A program made the translations under genes and the position numbers. Below are positions 13,336 to 28,062 of a DNA stretch of 64,000 bases, one piece after another. Source of the stretch: Eledone cirrhosa. Taxonomy: Eukaryota. Where the stretch lies: positions 42,284,001-42,348,000 of the forward strand of contig OZ024752.1 in NCBI GenBank assembly GCA_964016885.1. Reading direction: 5' to 3'. Under the pieces are notes generated by a model, which was not told the DNA's origin, made no database searches, and saw only the letters and a list, made by a program, of their open reading frames with translations. Positions within the stretch are counted from its first letter, which is position 1; each line of letters opens with the position of its first letter.

Positions 13336-14324
13336 GAGATTTCTCTTTCTCTCTTCTCTCTCTCTTCCCCCTCCCCTCACTCCCCTCCCCTCCCTTCCAC
13401 ACATTCCCACACTCAAACACACTCGCACACACTCACACACACTCACCCCCCCCCCCCACACACACACTGACACACACTGTTTCTGATGTGTGCTGGCACG
13501 TGAACGACTGTAATATGTGTAAGCTACTGAGAGCATGTGTGTGTGTGCGTGTGTCAGTGTGTGTGTCTGAGTCAGTACGACAATGTGTAATTGTGTGTTA
13601 GTGTGCATGTGTGTTGGTGTGTGTATGTGTTAGTGTTAGTGTATGTGTGTGTTGGTGTGTGTTGGTGTGTGTGTATGTGTTGGTGTATATGTGTGTTGGT
13701 ATATGTGTGTGATTGTGTTAGTGTATATGTGTGTTGGTATGTGTGTGTGTGTTAGAGTATGTGTGTGTTAGTATGTACGTGTTAGAGTATATGTGTGTTA
13801 GTATTATGTGTTAGAGTATATGTGTGTTGGTATGTGTGTCTGTGTTAGAGTATGTATGTGTTAGAGTATATGTGTGTTAGAGTATATGTGTGTTGGTATG
13901 TGTGTCTATATGTTAGTGTATATGTCTATTAGTATATATGTGTGTATTGGTATGTATGTGTGTGCCAGTGTACCTAAAGAAACACTTAAGTACTCAGGCA
14001 GGTTACCTTTCCTACGTGACCCGAGGGCCTTAGGCTAAGTAAGACACTCCAACAAATACACATGAAGAGGGCAGCCTTCCTCATTTATTTATTTCATTAT
14101 TCATTCATTCACTAATTTATTTGTTTGAAGGTGTGTGTAGCTTAGTGGGTAGGATGTTCGATTCTTGATCGTAAGGTCTCCTGTTCGAGTCTCGGCGATG
14201 CACGATATTCTCGAGCAAAACACATTATTCCATATTGATCTGCTCCAATCAACTGGCAAAACAAATTGATTATACTGTATTTCAAAGAGCCACTTTTTAT
14301 GGGTTGTTTTCTTTAATCAGGACT

Positions 14325-14747
14325 CGGTGGATTGGCAGTACCGGTAGAGGGTTCGACGCCATATTTTGCAGCATAGAGTTACGACCCTTTATGATCTGAG
14401 TTCAAATCTCGCCTTTCATCCTTACGGGGTCGAAAAAAAAAAAGTACCAGTAATACACTAGGGTCGATTTAATCGACTTTCCCCTCCCCCATAACTTCTG
14501 GCCTTGTGCCTATAGTAGAAATCATTAGATAATGTTTTCTTATATAGGCACAAGGCCAGCAATGGGGGGGGGGGTAAGTCGATTAAATCGACCCCAGTGC
14601 GTGACTGGTACTTTATGTTATCGACCCCGTAAGGATGAAAGGCAAAGTTAACCTGGGCGGGATTTGAACTCAGATCATAAAGGGCCGTAACTCTATGCTG
14701 CAAAGCATGGCGTCCGACCCTCTACAGATACTGCCAATCCACCGCCA
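14325..14747. mobile_element. Tail-to-tail inverted pair of family-1 SINEs
   Basis: + copy about 14325-14525, - copy about 14535-14747. Confidence 0.8.
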
Positions 14748-15052
14748 TAGGACTTATTATATAATAAATAGTTGTTTCTTCTTTAGGATGGTCTGCGTTT
14801 GATTTACCGAATTTGGAGGGTGAGTACGGTTTGGTTTGGCAGGAGTTGTGTGTACAGGTTGGCGTTCGGTTTAAGGTTTTTGGGAAAATAACTATAAGAA
14901 GTTCCTTCATTTTGACTGGTACTTCATTTATCGACCTTGAAAAGATGACACACGAAGTTCCACATTGAGAATCGAACGCCGAACCCAAGTCTGTAAAATA
15001 TCTCTGATACAAACTTACATGTTTACAACTACACCAGTTAATCCCCTCAATA

Positions 15053-15944
15053 TAAACCTTTTGTATTTACATTACTCTATATTTACTATTGTATTTTTGT
15101 GGTAAAGGCTTTATCTTACATAATTATCTCACATAATATCGAATCTACGAGATTTTGATATTATTTATATATTTGAGAACAATATCTTAACCCTTTAGAC
15201 TTTACATTACTCTATATATATTATATTTCTGAGGTAAAGGGTTTATCTTACATGATAATCTCACATAATATTGAATCTACGAGATTTTGATATTATTTAT
15301 ATATTTGAGAACAATATCTTAACCCTTTAGACTTTACATTACTCTATATATATTATATTTCTGAGGTAAAGGGTTTATCTTACATAATTATCTCACATAA
15401 TATCGAATCTACGAGATTTTGATATTATTTATATATTTGAGAACAATATCTTAACCCTTTAGACTTTACATTACTCTATATATATATTATATTTCTGAGG
15501 TAAAGGGTTTATCTTACATAATTATCTCACATAATATCGAATCTACGAGATTTTGATATTATTTATATATTTGAGAACAATATCTTAACCCTTTAGACTT
15601 TACATTACTCTATATATATTATATTTCTGAGGTAAAGGGTTTATCTTACATAATTATCTCACATAATATCGAATCTACGAGATTTTGATATTATTTATAT
15701 ATTTGAGAACAATATCTTAACCCTTTAGACTTTACATTACTCTATATATATTATATTTCTGAGGTAAAGGGTTTATCTTACATAATTATCTCACATAATA
15801 TCGAATCTACGAGATTTTGATATTATTTATATATTTGAGAACAATATCTTAACATCAGTATGAACAGCCGGTTACAACCGGTTTGAACAGAGAAAGGTAA
15901 GAGAATTCTGGCTGGATATGACCGGTTTAAATGCTAAAGGGTTA
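15053..15944 (+). mobile_element. piggyBac-like MITE with 5' 132-bp segment tandemly amplified about 6x
   Basis: TTAACCCTTTAG recurs every ~132 bp (15187, 15319, ...); terminates TAAATGCTAAAGGGTTAA. Confidence 0.8.
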
Positions 15945-16152
15945 ACCCTTTAGCATTTGCATTATGAGCAGCTGGTTACAGCCGATTTGAACAGAAACAG
16001 GTGGGAGAATTCTGGCATTACTCTTTATTTACTATTGTATTTTCACGTAATATCGAATTTATTTTGAGAACAATATCTTAACATTATAAGCAGCCAGTTA
16101 CAGCCGGTTTAAACAGAAAGAGGTGAGAGAATTCTGGCTGGATATGGCCAGT

Positions 16153-16380
16153 TTAACCCTTTAGCATTTAAACCGGTCATATCCGGCCACAATTTTCCCA
16201 CCCTTTTCTGTTCAAACTGGCTGTAACCGGCCTCCCATACTGATGTTAAGGTATTGTTTTCAAAATAAATAATATCAAAATCTAATAGACTCAATATTAT
16301 GTGAGATATAATGTAAGATTAAGCCTTTACTGTAAAATTATAATAGTATATATAGGGTAATGTAAATGCTAATGGGTTAA
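16153..16380 (-). mobile_element. Unit-length (~225 bp) piggyBac-like MITE
   Basis: TTAA-CCCTTTAGCATTTA ... TAAATGCTAATGGG-TTAA: CCC/GGG ends, ~14-bp TIR, TTAA target duplication. Confidence 0.8.
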
Positions 16381-17099
16381 ACGCTAAAGGGGTAAACAGC
16401 TTCTTTTTGAGACGGTTTCTTGAATTTTATTTATTTTATTCATTTTTTTAAAGAAAGCAAAACAAACAGGCAAGAATTGTATTAGAAAAATAATATATAA
16501 GGCAAGAAAAATCAAACCCAAAGGGTGAAGACAATTATAAGAAGTTCCTTTTACTTTGATGTCAAATGTGACTGAACTTAAGACTTAAGTTGTCTGTTGT
16601 TTTGCCGGTGCGTCAATTTAGGAGATGTTAGCGTCAACTAATGCTTTGCATGTCGGCTGGAGGCGTCAGATACGAGCCATATCTCATTGCTGGTAACATG
16701 TACAATACTTTACACCAGAGTCAAAGAATACGCCATGAGTACAGATTGTCTAGCCGACTTTTAACGTCACATCCGGTCGCACTTAGCGTTTGTCGTCATG
16801 TCCGGTACTTGTTTTTTTGTTTTTTGTTGTTGTTGTTGTTGTTTTCAACAAAAGAAATTCTTAAGAAGGAAAAACAAATAAGACACCTTATTAGGTATGA
16901 TAGATTGAACATGTAAAAAGAAAAGAGGAAGAAAGTAAACCACGCGAGGGAGAGAGAGCGAGGAGAGTGTGGGAGGGAGAGAGAGGAGAATGTGAGAGAG
17001 GGAAAGAGAGAGGAGAAGGTGAGAGAGGGGAGAAGGTGTGAGCGAGAGAGGAGATGGTGGGGGAGAGAACTAAAAGTCCGAGGGAGAGAAAAAGCGTCG

Positions 17100-17133
<34 letters not shown>

Positions 17134-17497
17134 AAGCATGTGGGTGAGAGAGAGAGAGAAAGCACGTGGGCGAGAGAGAGGGAGAAAGCATCTGTGTGTG
17201 TGTGTGTGTGAGACGGAGCGAGAGAGAAAGAGAGAGTGTTCCAAGGTATTGTCACACAATAGAATAATTATTGTTATTGTTAAAAGTTGTGGATTGGTGG
17301 AATCGGTGGAGCATCGAGAGTGTAATGCTTTATATATTAACTTCCCGATTTCAAATTTTGCTGAGGACAACTTTGTCGTTCATCCATTCATCCGGGGGTC
17401 GATATAATAAAGTACCAGTCAAATACTAGGGTTGATATAATTGACATGTTTGTTTCCCTTTCTTATTCTACCACACCATTGTCCTTTCAAAATGTTT

Positions 17498-18340
17498 TAC
17501 CCTTTAGCATTTAAAGCGGCCGTATCCAGCCAGAATTCTCCTGGGCACTCATAATGATGTTAAGGTATTGTTCTCAAAATGAATAATATCAAAATCTCAT
17601 AGATTTGATATTATGTGAGATATTATGTGAGATAAACCCTTTACTGTGAAAATACAATAGTATATATAGAGTAATGTAAATGTTATGTGAGATATTATGT
17701 GAGGTAAAACCTTTACCGTGAAAATACAATAGTATATATAGAGTAATGTAAATGCTATGTGAGGTATTATGTGAGATAAAGCCTTTACAGTGAAAATACA
17801 ATAGTATATATAGAGTAATGTAAATGTTATGTGAGATATTATGAGATAAACCCTTTACTGTGAAAATACAATAGTATATATAGAGTAATGTAAATGTTAT
17901 GTGAGATATTATGTGAGGTAAAGCCTTTACCGTGAAAATACAATAGTATATATAAAGTAATGTAAATGTTATGTGAGATATTATGTGAGGTAAAACCTTT
18001 ACCGTGAAAATACAATAGTATATATAGAGTAATGTAAATGTTATGTGAGATATTATGTGAGATAAACCCTTTACTGTGAAAATACAATAGTATATATAGA
18101 GTAATGTAAATGTTATGTGAGATATTATGTAAGATAAAGCCTTTACTGTGACAATACAATAGTATATATAGAGTAATGTAAATGTTATGTGAGATATTAT
18201 GTGAGATAAACCCTTTACTGTGAAAATACAATAGTATATATAGAGTAATGTAAATGTTATGTGAGATATTATGTGAGATAAACCCTTTACTGTGAAAATA
18301 CAATAGTATATATAGAGTAATGTAAATACTAAACGGTTAA
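17498..18340 (-). mobile_element. piggyBac-like MITE with internal 72-bp unit repeated about 10x
   Basis: CCCTTTAGCATTTA left end; 72-bp repeat TTATGTGAGATATTATGTGAGATAAA...GTAATGTAAATG. Confidence 0.8.
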
Positions 18341-18569
18341 AATGTTTAACCCTATAGCAATTAAACTGGCTGCATCTGGCTAGAATTCTCTCACAGCTTT
18401 CTGTTCAAACCGGCCATAACTGGGCACTCATACTGATGTTAAGGTATTGTTCTAAAAATAAATAATATCAAAATCTCGTAGATTTGATATTATGTGAGAT
18501 ATTATGTCAGATAAAACCTTTACAGCAAAAATACAATAGTAAATATAGAGTAATGTAATAGAATACTAA

Positions 18570-19450
18570 CTATAGACATATATATATATATATATGTATA
18601 AGAATATATATATATATAAGAATATATATATATATAAGAATATATATATATATAAGAATATATATATATATAAGAATATATATATATATATAAGAATATA
18701 TATATATATAAGAATATATATATATATATAAGAATATATATATATATATAAGAATATATATATATATAAGAATATACATATATATAAGAATATACATATA
18801 TATATATAAGAATATATATGTATACATATATATAAGAATATATATATATACATATATATAAGAATATATATATACATATATATAGGAATATATATATATA
18901 TATACATATATATAGGAATATATATATATATATATATACATATATATAGGAATATATATATATATATATACATATATATAGGAATATATATATATATATA
19001 TATATAAGAATATATATTCAGGTTTGAGGTTCACCACTGTATAGAGCTGGTCTATTCCGTATGGTCAATCGTAATGCAATAATATAGAGAGTACTCAACG
19101 TAAAGCAGTTCAACCGTCTTTGTTTTTGTAGTTGGTGGTGCTATTACGGAGTTAATGCTCCCATCTCTTTCTGTTTTCGTTCATCTGACCGGTAGTAGCA
19201 TACTATAAAATTTAGCCACGTCACTCCAGGGCGACCGGCTGAGGTTGAAGGAACAGAATAGCGGTCGCCCTCGGGTCTCGATTTTCAGCCCCATGGATTT
19301 TACCTATTACATTCACGTATTATATTTCGAATACCTGATGATATCACCGGATTCATACGGAACCCGGTCATTGAAATGATCATAGTATAATAAACCTTTC
19401 AAGGATTTACACAAATCCAGCCTCCTGTCATTTCATTATATTATATAAGA

Positions 19451-19481
<31 letters not shown>

Positions 19482-19546
19482 TATAGGAATATATGTATAT
19501 ATATATACATATATATAGGAATATATATATATACATATATATAGGA

Positions 19547-19577
<31 letters not shown>

Positions 19578-19636
19578 TATAGGAATATATATATATATAT
19601 ATATATACATATATATAAGAATATATATATATATAT

Positions 19637-19672
<36 letters not shown>

Positions 19673-19702
19673 GAATATATATAAGAATATATATATATAT
19701 AA

Positions 19703-19767
<65 letters not shown>

Positions 19768-20048
19768 AATATATATATATTTTTATACAGAAACGAAATA
19801 TATATATATATATATATAAGAATATATATATATATATAAGAATATATATATATATATATATACATATGTGTATATATAGACATACTCTTCAGAGGTCTGT
19901 CCCCACACAAGAGTGAATCAGTACCGATTATTTAAAAAGCAATGTCCGTAAACCGGATGTTAGCCATAAATGGTGGCACGGCAGAGTTAACTGAGTCACT
20001 CCTTGGGTTGGTGTCCATCTTTGGCCTAGATTAGACATCTCTCTCTCT

Positions 20049-20080
<32 letters not shown>

Positions 20081-20162
20081 TTATATATATATATATGTTA
20101 TATATATATATATATATGTTATATATATATATATATATATGTTATATATATATATATATATG

Positions 20163-20195
<33 letters not shown>

Positions 20196-20328
20196 ATATA
20201 TATATACTATATATATGTTATATATATATATATATAAAATATGTTATATATATATATATATATATGATATATATATACTATATATGTTATATATATATAT
20301 ATATGATATATATATACTATATATGTTA

Positions 20329-20361
<33 letters not shown>

Positions 20362-20429
20362 ATATATATACATATATATATGTTATATATAACATATATA
20401 TATACATATATATATATATATAAAATATG

Positions 20430-20472
<43 letters not shown>

Positions 20473-20554
20473 ATATATATATACTATATATGTTATATAT
20501 ATATATATATGATATATATATACTATATATGTTATATATATATATATACATATT

Positions 20555-20587
<33 letters not shown>

Positions 20588-20674
20588 ATATATATACATA
20601 TATATATGTTATATATAACATATATATATACATATATATATGTTATATATAACACATATATATACATATATATG

Positions 20675-20736
<62 letters not shown>

Positions 20737-20800
20737 CATATATATGTGTTATATATATATATATATATAATATATATATATGTATGTGTGTGTGTATATA
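18570..20800. repeat. (TA)n-derived compound microsatellites with a non-coding repeat insert at 19020-19440
   Basis: AAGAATATATA..., GTTATATA... motifs. Confidence 0.85.
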
Positions 20801-20959
20801 ACTAATTAACTTATGACCAGCCCAGCCATGAGGTGACCACTTCAAAACGTATAAATACTCCCCCCCACCCCCACCCTACCCAACCCCTCCTCATCCCCTT
20901 CGCCATCCCCACTGAAGAAGTGAGTAGTTATTGCGATAATGGTTGAGTGCTAATATCAT

Positions 20960-21480
20960 CGTCGTCCATTGTAACGATCAAGCCGCCTCCCCCCCCCCCC
21001 TTCAAAAATGAAGGAGAGGCGGTCTTCCTCTGTGTAATAGCCATGGTAAAAGAGGCTATATGGTGGACGCGTCTGAAAGGGCTGAGGTCGGACACCTTTC
21101 TCTCCGGCCAACAACTGGTCCTTTTCTTCCGATACCATTTCGGAAGAAGGATCAGGATGGAGAGAGAGAGGTGCTCCACTCCAGCAAGTTTTATGAAAGG
21201 TGGGTGAAAGTTGCGAGAATGGCCCGTGTGAATGGGCCTTCTCTCTACCTCAGCCTGTAGGTGGAACAGAAAGAAGGGAGCACCCTCTCTTTGTGCTCCC
21301 GTGGAGAAGGGTCGCACACTTTTTTTCGGGGGTGTGTGTGACCCCAAAACGATCCCTCCCTATTGAGGACCTTCTTGTTATTATTTTGTTATATTTTTCT
21401 TACTCGATTTTTATGTAAACTCCCCCCACCCATGTACATGTCCCTTTCTTTTGTGCCCTAGTGGCAAATAAACAGAAATT
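20960..21480 (+). mobile_element. L1/Tx1-clade LINE ORF2 C-terminus and 3' UTR (frameshifted)
   Basis: Translation AVFLCVIAMVKEAIWWTRLKG...FRYHFGRRIRMERE / VLHSSKFYERWVKVAR resembles the K..IW..R...F..RW tail of L1/Tx1 ORF2; AATAAA near 21467. Confidence 0.6.
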
Positions 21481-21508
21481 TGTCTTTCTGTATGAGCCGT
21501 TTATCGTT

Positions 21509-21553
<45 letters not shown>

Positions 21554-21607
21554 TTAAGGTGTTAATATATTTGTGTGCGTTTGTATATATAATAATAATT
21601 ATTATTA

Positions 21608-21990
21608 ATTGGCAGTATCGGTAGAGGGTCGGACGCCATGCTTTCCAGCATAGTTACGTCCCTTTACGATCTGAGTTCAAATCCCGGCGAGGTTGACTTT
21701 GCCTTTCATCCTTACGGGGGTCGATAAAATAAAGTACCAGTAATGCACTGGGTAATTGCTGGCCTTGTGCCTAAAGTAGAAACAATCATTATTATTATTA
21801 TTTCTACTTTTGGCACAAGGCCAGCAATTATCCCAAGTGTATTACTGGTACTTTATTTTATCGACCGCCCGTAAGGATGAAAGGTAAAGTTAACCTCGAC
21901 GGGATTTGAACTCAGACCGTAAAGGGCCGTAACTCTTTGCTTGCAAAGCATGGCGCCCGACCCTCTACCGATACTGCCAATCCACTGCCA
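21608..21990. mobile_element. Tail-to-tail inverted pair of family-1 SINEs
   Basis: + copy 21608-21787, (ATT)n linker, - copy about 21800-21990. Confidence 0.85.
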
Positions 21991-22140
21991 ATGTATATAT
22001 AATGTGTATGTAAGTATGTATGTATATACATTATTCATAAAGAACGGCCCACTGCAATCTTCTAACAACCAAAGAAGAGATATCAAGTTCTACAGACAAC
22101 TTCAACAAAACCTGAAACTAATCTATCATTCGACTCGAAC

Positions 22141-25100
22141 TATGGCCGCTTACGGTCTTGACGTCGCTTAAACTAGAGGTTATGGCCGCTTACGGTCTTG
22201 ACGTCGCTTAAACTAGCGGTTATGGCCGCTTACGGTCTTGACGTCGCTTAAACTAGAGGTTATGGCCGCTTACGGTCTTGACGTCGCTTAAACTAGAGGT
22301 TATGGCCGCTTACGGTCTTGACGTCGCTTAAACTAGAGGTTATGGCCGCTTACGGTCTTGACGTCGCTTAAACTAGAGGTTATGGCCGCTTACGGTCTTG
22401 ACGTCGCTTAAACTAGAGGTTATGGCCGCTTACGGTCTTGACGTCGCTTAAACTAGAGGTTATGGCCGCTTACGGTCTTGACGTCGCTTAAACTAGAGGT
22501 TATGGCCGCTTACGGTCTTGACGTCGCTTAAACTAGCGGTTATGGCCGATTACGGTCTTGACGTCGCTTAAACTAGAGGTTATGGCCGCTTACGGTCTTG
22601 ACGTCGCTTAAACTAGCGGTTATGGCCGATTACGGTCTTGACGTCGCTTAAACTAGCGGTTATGGCCGCTTACGGTCTTGACGTCGCTTAAACTAGCGGT
22701 TATGGCCGATTACGGTCTTGACGTCGCTTAAACTAGCGGTTATGGCCGATTACGGTCTTGACGTCGCTTAAACTAGCGGTTATGGCCGATTACGGTCTTG
22801 ACGTCGCTTAAACTAGCGGTTATGGCCGCTTACGGTCTTGACGTCGCTTAAACTAGCGGTTATGGCCGATTACGGTCTTGACGTCGCTTAAACTAGCGGT
22901 TATGGCCGATTACGGTCTTGACGTCGCTTAAACTAGCGGTTATGGCCGCTTACGGTCTTGACGTCGCTTAAACTAGCGGTTATGGCCGCTTACGGTCTTG
23001 ACGTCGCTTAAACTAGCGGTTATGGCCGATTACGGTCTTGACGTCGCTTAAACTAGCGGCTATGGCCGATTACGGTCTTGACGTCGCTTAAACTAGCGGT
23101 TATGGCCGATTACGGTCTTGACGTCGCTTAAACTGGAGGCTATGGCCGATTACGGTCTTGACGTCGCTTAAACTAGCGGCTATGACCGATTACGGTCTTG
23201 ACGTCGCTTAAACTAGCGGCTATGGCCGATTACGGTCTTGACGTCGCTTAAACTAACGGCTATGGCCGATTACGGTCTTGACGTCGCTTAAACTAGCGGC
23301 TATGGCCGATTACGGTCTTGACGTCGCTTAAACTGGAGGCTATGACCGATTACGGTCTTGACGTCGCTTAAACTAGCGGCTATGACCGATTACGGTCTTG
23401 ACGTCGCTTAAACTAGCGGCTATGACCGATTACGGTCTTGACGTCGCTTAAACTAGCGGCTATGGCCGATTACGGTCTTGACGTCGCTTAAACTAACGGC
23501 TATGGCCGATTACGGTCTTGACGTCGCTTAAACTAGCGGCTATGGCCGATTACGGTCTTGACGTCGCTTAAACTGGAGGCTATGACCGATTACGGTCTTG
23601 ACGTCGCTTAAACTGGAGGCTATGGCCGATTACGGTCTTGACTCGCTTAAACTAACGGCTATGGCCGCTTACGGTCTTGACGTCGCTTAAACTGGAGGCT
23701 ATGGCCGATTACGGTCTTGACGTCGCTTAAACTAGCGGCTATGGCCGATTACGGTCTTGACGTCGCTTAAACTAGCGGCTATGGCCGATTACGGTCTTGA
23801 CGTCGCTTAAACTAACGGCTATGGCCGATTACGGTCTTGACGTCGCTTAAACTGGAGGCTATGGCCGATTACGGTCTTGACTCGCTTAAACTAACGGCTT
23901 TGGCCGATTACGGTCTTGACGTCGCTTAAACTAGCGGCTATGGCCGATTACGGTCTTGACGTCGCTTAAACTAGCGGCTATGACCGATTACGGTCTTGAC
24001 GTCGTTTAAACTAGCGGCTATGACCGATTACGGTCTTGACGTCGCTTAAACTAGCGGTTATGGCCGATTACGGTCTTAACGTCGCTTAAACTAGCGGTTA
24101 TGGCCGATTACGGTCTTGACGTCGTTTAAACTAGCGGCTATGACCGATTACGGTCTTGACGTCGCTTAGACTAGCGGCTATGACCGATTACGGTCTTGAC
24201 GTCGCTTAAACTAGCGGCTATGACCGATTACGGTCTTGACGTCGCTTAAACTAGAGGCTATGGCCGATTACGGTCTTGACGTCGTTTAAACTAGCGGCTA
24301 CGACCGATTACGGTCTTGACGTCGCTTAAACTAGCGGTTATGACCGATTACGGTCTTGACGTCGTTTAAACTAGAGGCTATGAGCGATTACGGTCTTGAC
24401 GTCGTTTAAACTAGCGGCTATGACCGATTACGGTCTTGACGTCACTTAAACTAGCAGCTATGACCGATTACGGTCTTGACGTCGCTTAAACTAGCGGTTA
24501 TGGCTGCTTACGGTCTTGACGTCGTTTAAACTAGCGGCTATGGCCGATTACGGTCTTGACGTCGCTTAAACTAGCGGTTATGGCCGATTACGGTCTTGAC
24601 GTCGCTTAAACTAGCGGCTATGGCCGATTACGGTCTTGACGTCGCTTAAACTAGCGGCTATGGCCGATTACGGTCTTGACGTCGCTTAAACTAGCGGTTA
24701 TGGCCGATTACGGTCTTGACGTCGCTTAAACTAGCGGCTATGGCCGATTACGGTCTTGACGTCGCTTAAACTAGCGGCTATGACCGATTACGGTCTTGAC
24801 GTCGTTTAAACTAGCGGCTATGACCGATTACGGTCTTGACGTCGCTTAAACTAGCGGTTATGGCCGATTACGGTCTTAACGTCGCTTAAACTAGCGGTTA
24901 TGGCCGATTACGGTCTTGACGTCGTTTAAACTAGCGGCTATGACCGATTACGGTCTTGACGTCACTTAAACTAGCGGCTATGACCGATTACGGTCTTGAC
25001 GTCGCTTAAACTAGCGGTTATGGCCGCTTACGGTCTTGACGTCGTTTAAACTAGAGGCTATGGCCGATTACGGTCTTGACGTCGCTTAAACTAGCGGTTA

Positions 25101-27013
25101 TGGCCGATTACGGTCTTGACGTCGCTTAAACTAACGGCTATGGCCGATTACGGTCTTGACGTCGCTTAAACTAGCGGTTATGGCCGATTACGGTCTTGAC
25201 GTCGCTTAAACTAACGGCTATGGCCGATTACGGTCTTGACGTCGCTTAAACTAGCGGTTATGGCCGATTACGGTCTTGACGTCGCTTAAACTAGCGGCTA
25301 TGGCCGATTACGGTCTTGACGTCGCTTAAACTAGCGGTTATGGCCGATTACGGTCTTGACGTCGCTTAAACTAGCGGTTATGGCCGATTACGGTCTTGAC
25401 GTCGCTTAAACTAGCGGTTATGGCCGATTACGGTCTTGACGTCGCTTAAACTAGCGGTTATGGCCGATTACGGTCTTGACGTCGCTTAAACTAGCGGTTA
25501 TGGCCGATTACGGTCTTGACGTCGCTTAAACTAGCGGTTATGGCCGATTACGGTCTTGACGTCGCTTAAACTAGCGGTTATGGCCGATTACGGTCTTGAC
25601 GTCGCTTAAACTAGCGGCTATGGCCGATTACGGTCTTGACGTCGCTTAAACTAGCGGCTATGGCCGATTACGGTCTTGACGTCGCTTAAACTAGCGGCTA
25701 TGGCCGATTACGGTCTTGACGTCGCTTAAACTAGCGGCTATGGCCGATTACGGTCTTGACGTCGCTTAAACTGGAGGCTATGGTCGATTACGGTCTTGAC
25801 TCGCTTAAACTAACGGCTATGGCCGATTACGGTCTTGACTCGCTTAAACTAACGGCTATGGCCGATTACGTTCTTGACGTCGCTTAAACTAGCGGCTATG
25901 GCCGATTACGGTCTTGACTCGCTTAAACTAACGGCTATGGCCGATTACGGTCTTGACGTCGCTTAAACTAGCGGCTATGGCCGATTACGGTCTTGACGTC
26001 GCTTAAACTAGAGGCTATGGCCGATTACGGTCTTGACGTCGTTTAAACTAGCGGCTATGACCGATTACGGTCTTGACGTCGCTTAAACTAGCGGTTATGG
26101 CCGATTACGGTCTTGACGTCGCTTAAACTAGCGGCTATGACCGATTACGGTCTTGACGTCGTTTAAACTAGCGGCTATGACCGATTACGGTCTTGACGTC
26201 GCTTAAACTAGCGGCTATGGCCGATTACGGTCTTGACGTCGCTTAAACTAGCGGCTATGGCCGATTACGGTCTTGACGTCGCTTAAACTAGCGGTTATGG
26301 CCGATTACGGTCTTGACGTCGCTTAAACTAGCGGCTATGACCGATTACGGTCTTGACGTCGCTTAAACTAGCGGCTATGGCCGATTACGGTCTTGACGTC
26401 GCTTAAACTAGCGGCTATGGCCGATTACGGCCTTGACTCGCTTAAAGTAACCGCTATGGCCGATTACGGTCTTGACGTCGCTTAAACTAGCGGCTATGGC
26501 CGATTACGGTCTTGACGTCGCTTAAACTAGCGGTTATGGCCGATTACGGTCTTGACGTCGCTTAAACTAGAGGCTATGGCCGATTACGGTCTTGACGTCG
26601 CTTAAACTAGCGGTTATGGCCGATTACGGTCTTGACGTCGCTTAAACTAGCGGCTATGACCGATTACGGTCTTGACGTCGTTTAAACTAGCGGCTATGAC
26701 CGATTACGGTCTTGACGTCGCTTAAACTAGCGGCTATGGCCGATTACGGTCTTGACGTCGCTTAAACTAGCGGCTATGACCGATTACGGTCTTGACGTCG
26801 CTTAAACTAGAGGCTATGACCGATTACGGTCTTGACGTCGCTTAAACTAGCGGCTATGGCCGATTACGGTCTTGACGTCGCTTAAACTAGAGGCTATGAC
26901 CGATTACGGTCTTGACGTCGCTTAAACTAGCGGCTATGACCGATTACGGTCTTGACTCGCTTAAACTAGCGGTTATGGCCGATTACGGTCTTGACGTCGC
27001 TTAAACTAGCGGC
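22141..27013. repeat. 40-bp CpG-rich satellite, about 120 copies
   Basis: Unit TATGGCCGATTACGGTCTTGACGTCGCTTAAACTAGCGGY head-to-tail, with no spacers. Confidence 0.97.
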
Positions 27014-27094
27014 TCTAGTTTCATAGCATCGCTAAAAATATGGTTTATTAATCATATGATCAGAACTTAGATTATAATTTGTAATTTCAAATAC

Positions 27095-27829
<735 letters not shown>

Positions 27830-28062
27830 AATTAAACCAATTAGTCTATGAAGCCAATCTACTCCAAGTTCCCAGACAGTTTCAAGACTCGCCTCTACCC
27901 ACAATCTCTGTTCAGTAACCCCAGTAATTAGAATGAGCCTAAAATTAAGATGACAATTCAATTATATGTTGTCATCGTTGACCAGACCCTAAAGTAAAAC
28001 AACCTCCCTATTGCGCTCTTTTCAAGTGGTTATTACGAAGATTATTTTACTTAGATAACGTT

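Noticed and set aside
16600-16810. Unique CpG-containing block as possible coding exon
   Set aside because: Only very short ORFs and no convincing splice-site pair or protein motif.
17839-18303. 24-aa repeat protein (YFHSKGFISHNISHNIYITLYILL)
   Set aside because: Product of a 72-bp tandem repeat inside a MITE.
22141-27013. CRISPR-like array
   Set aside because: Units are contiguous with no unique spacers, there are no cas genes, and the context is eukaryotic.
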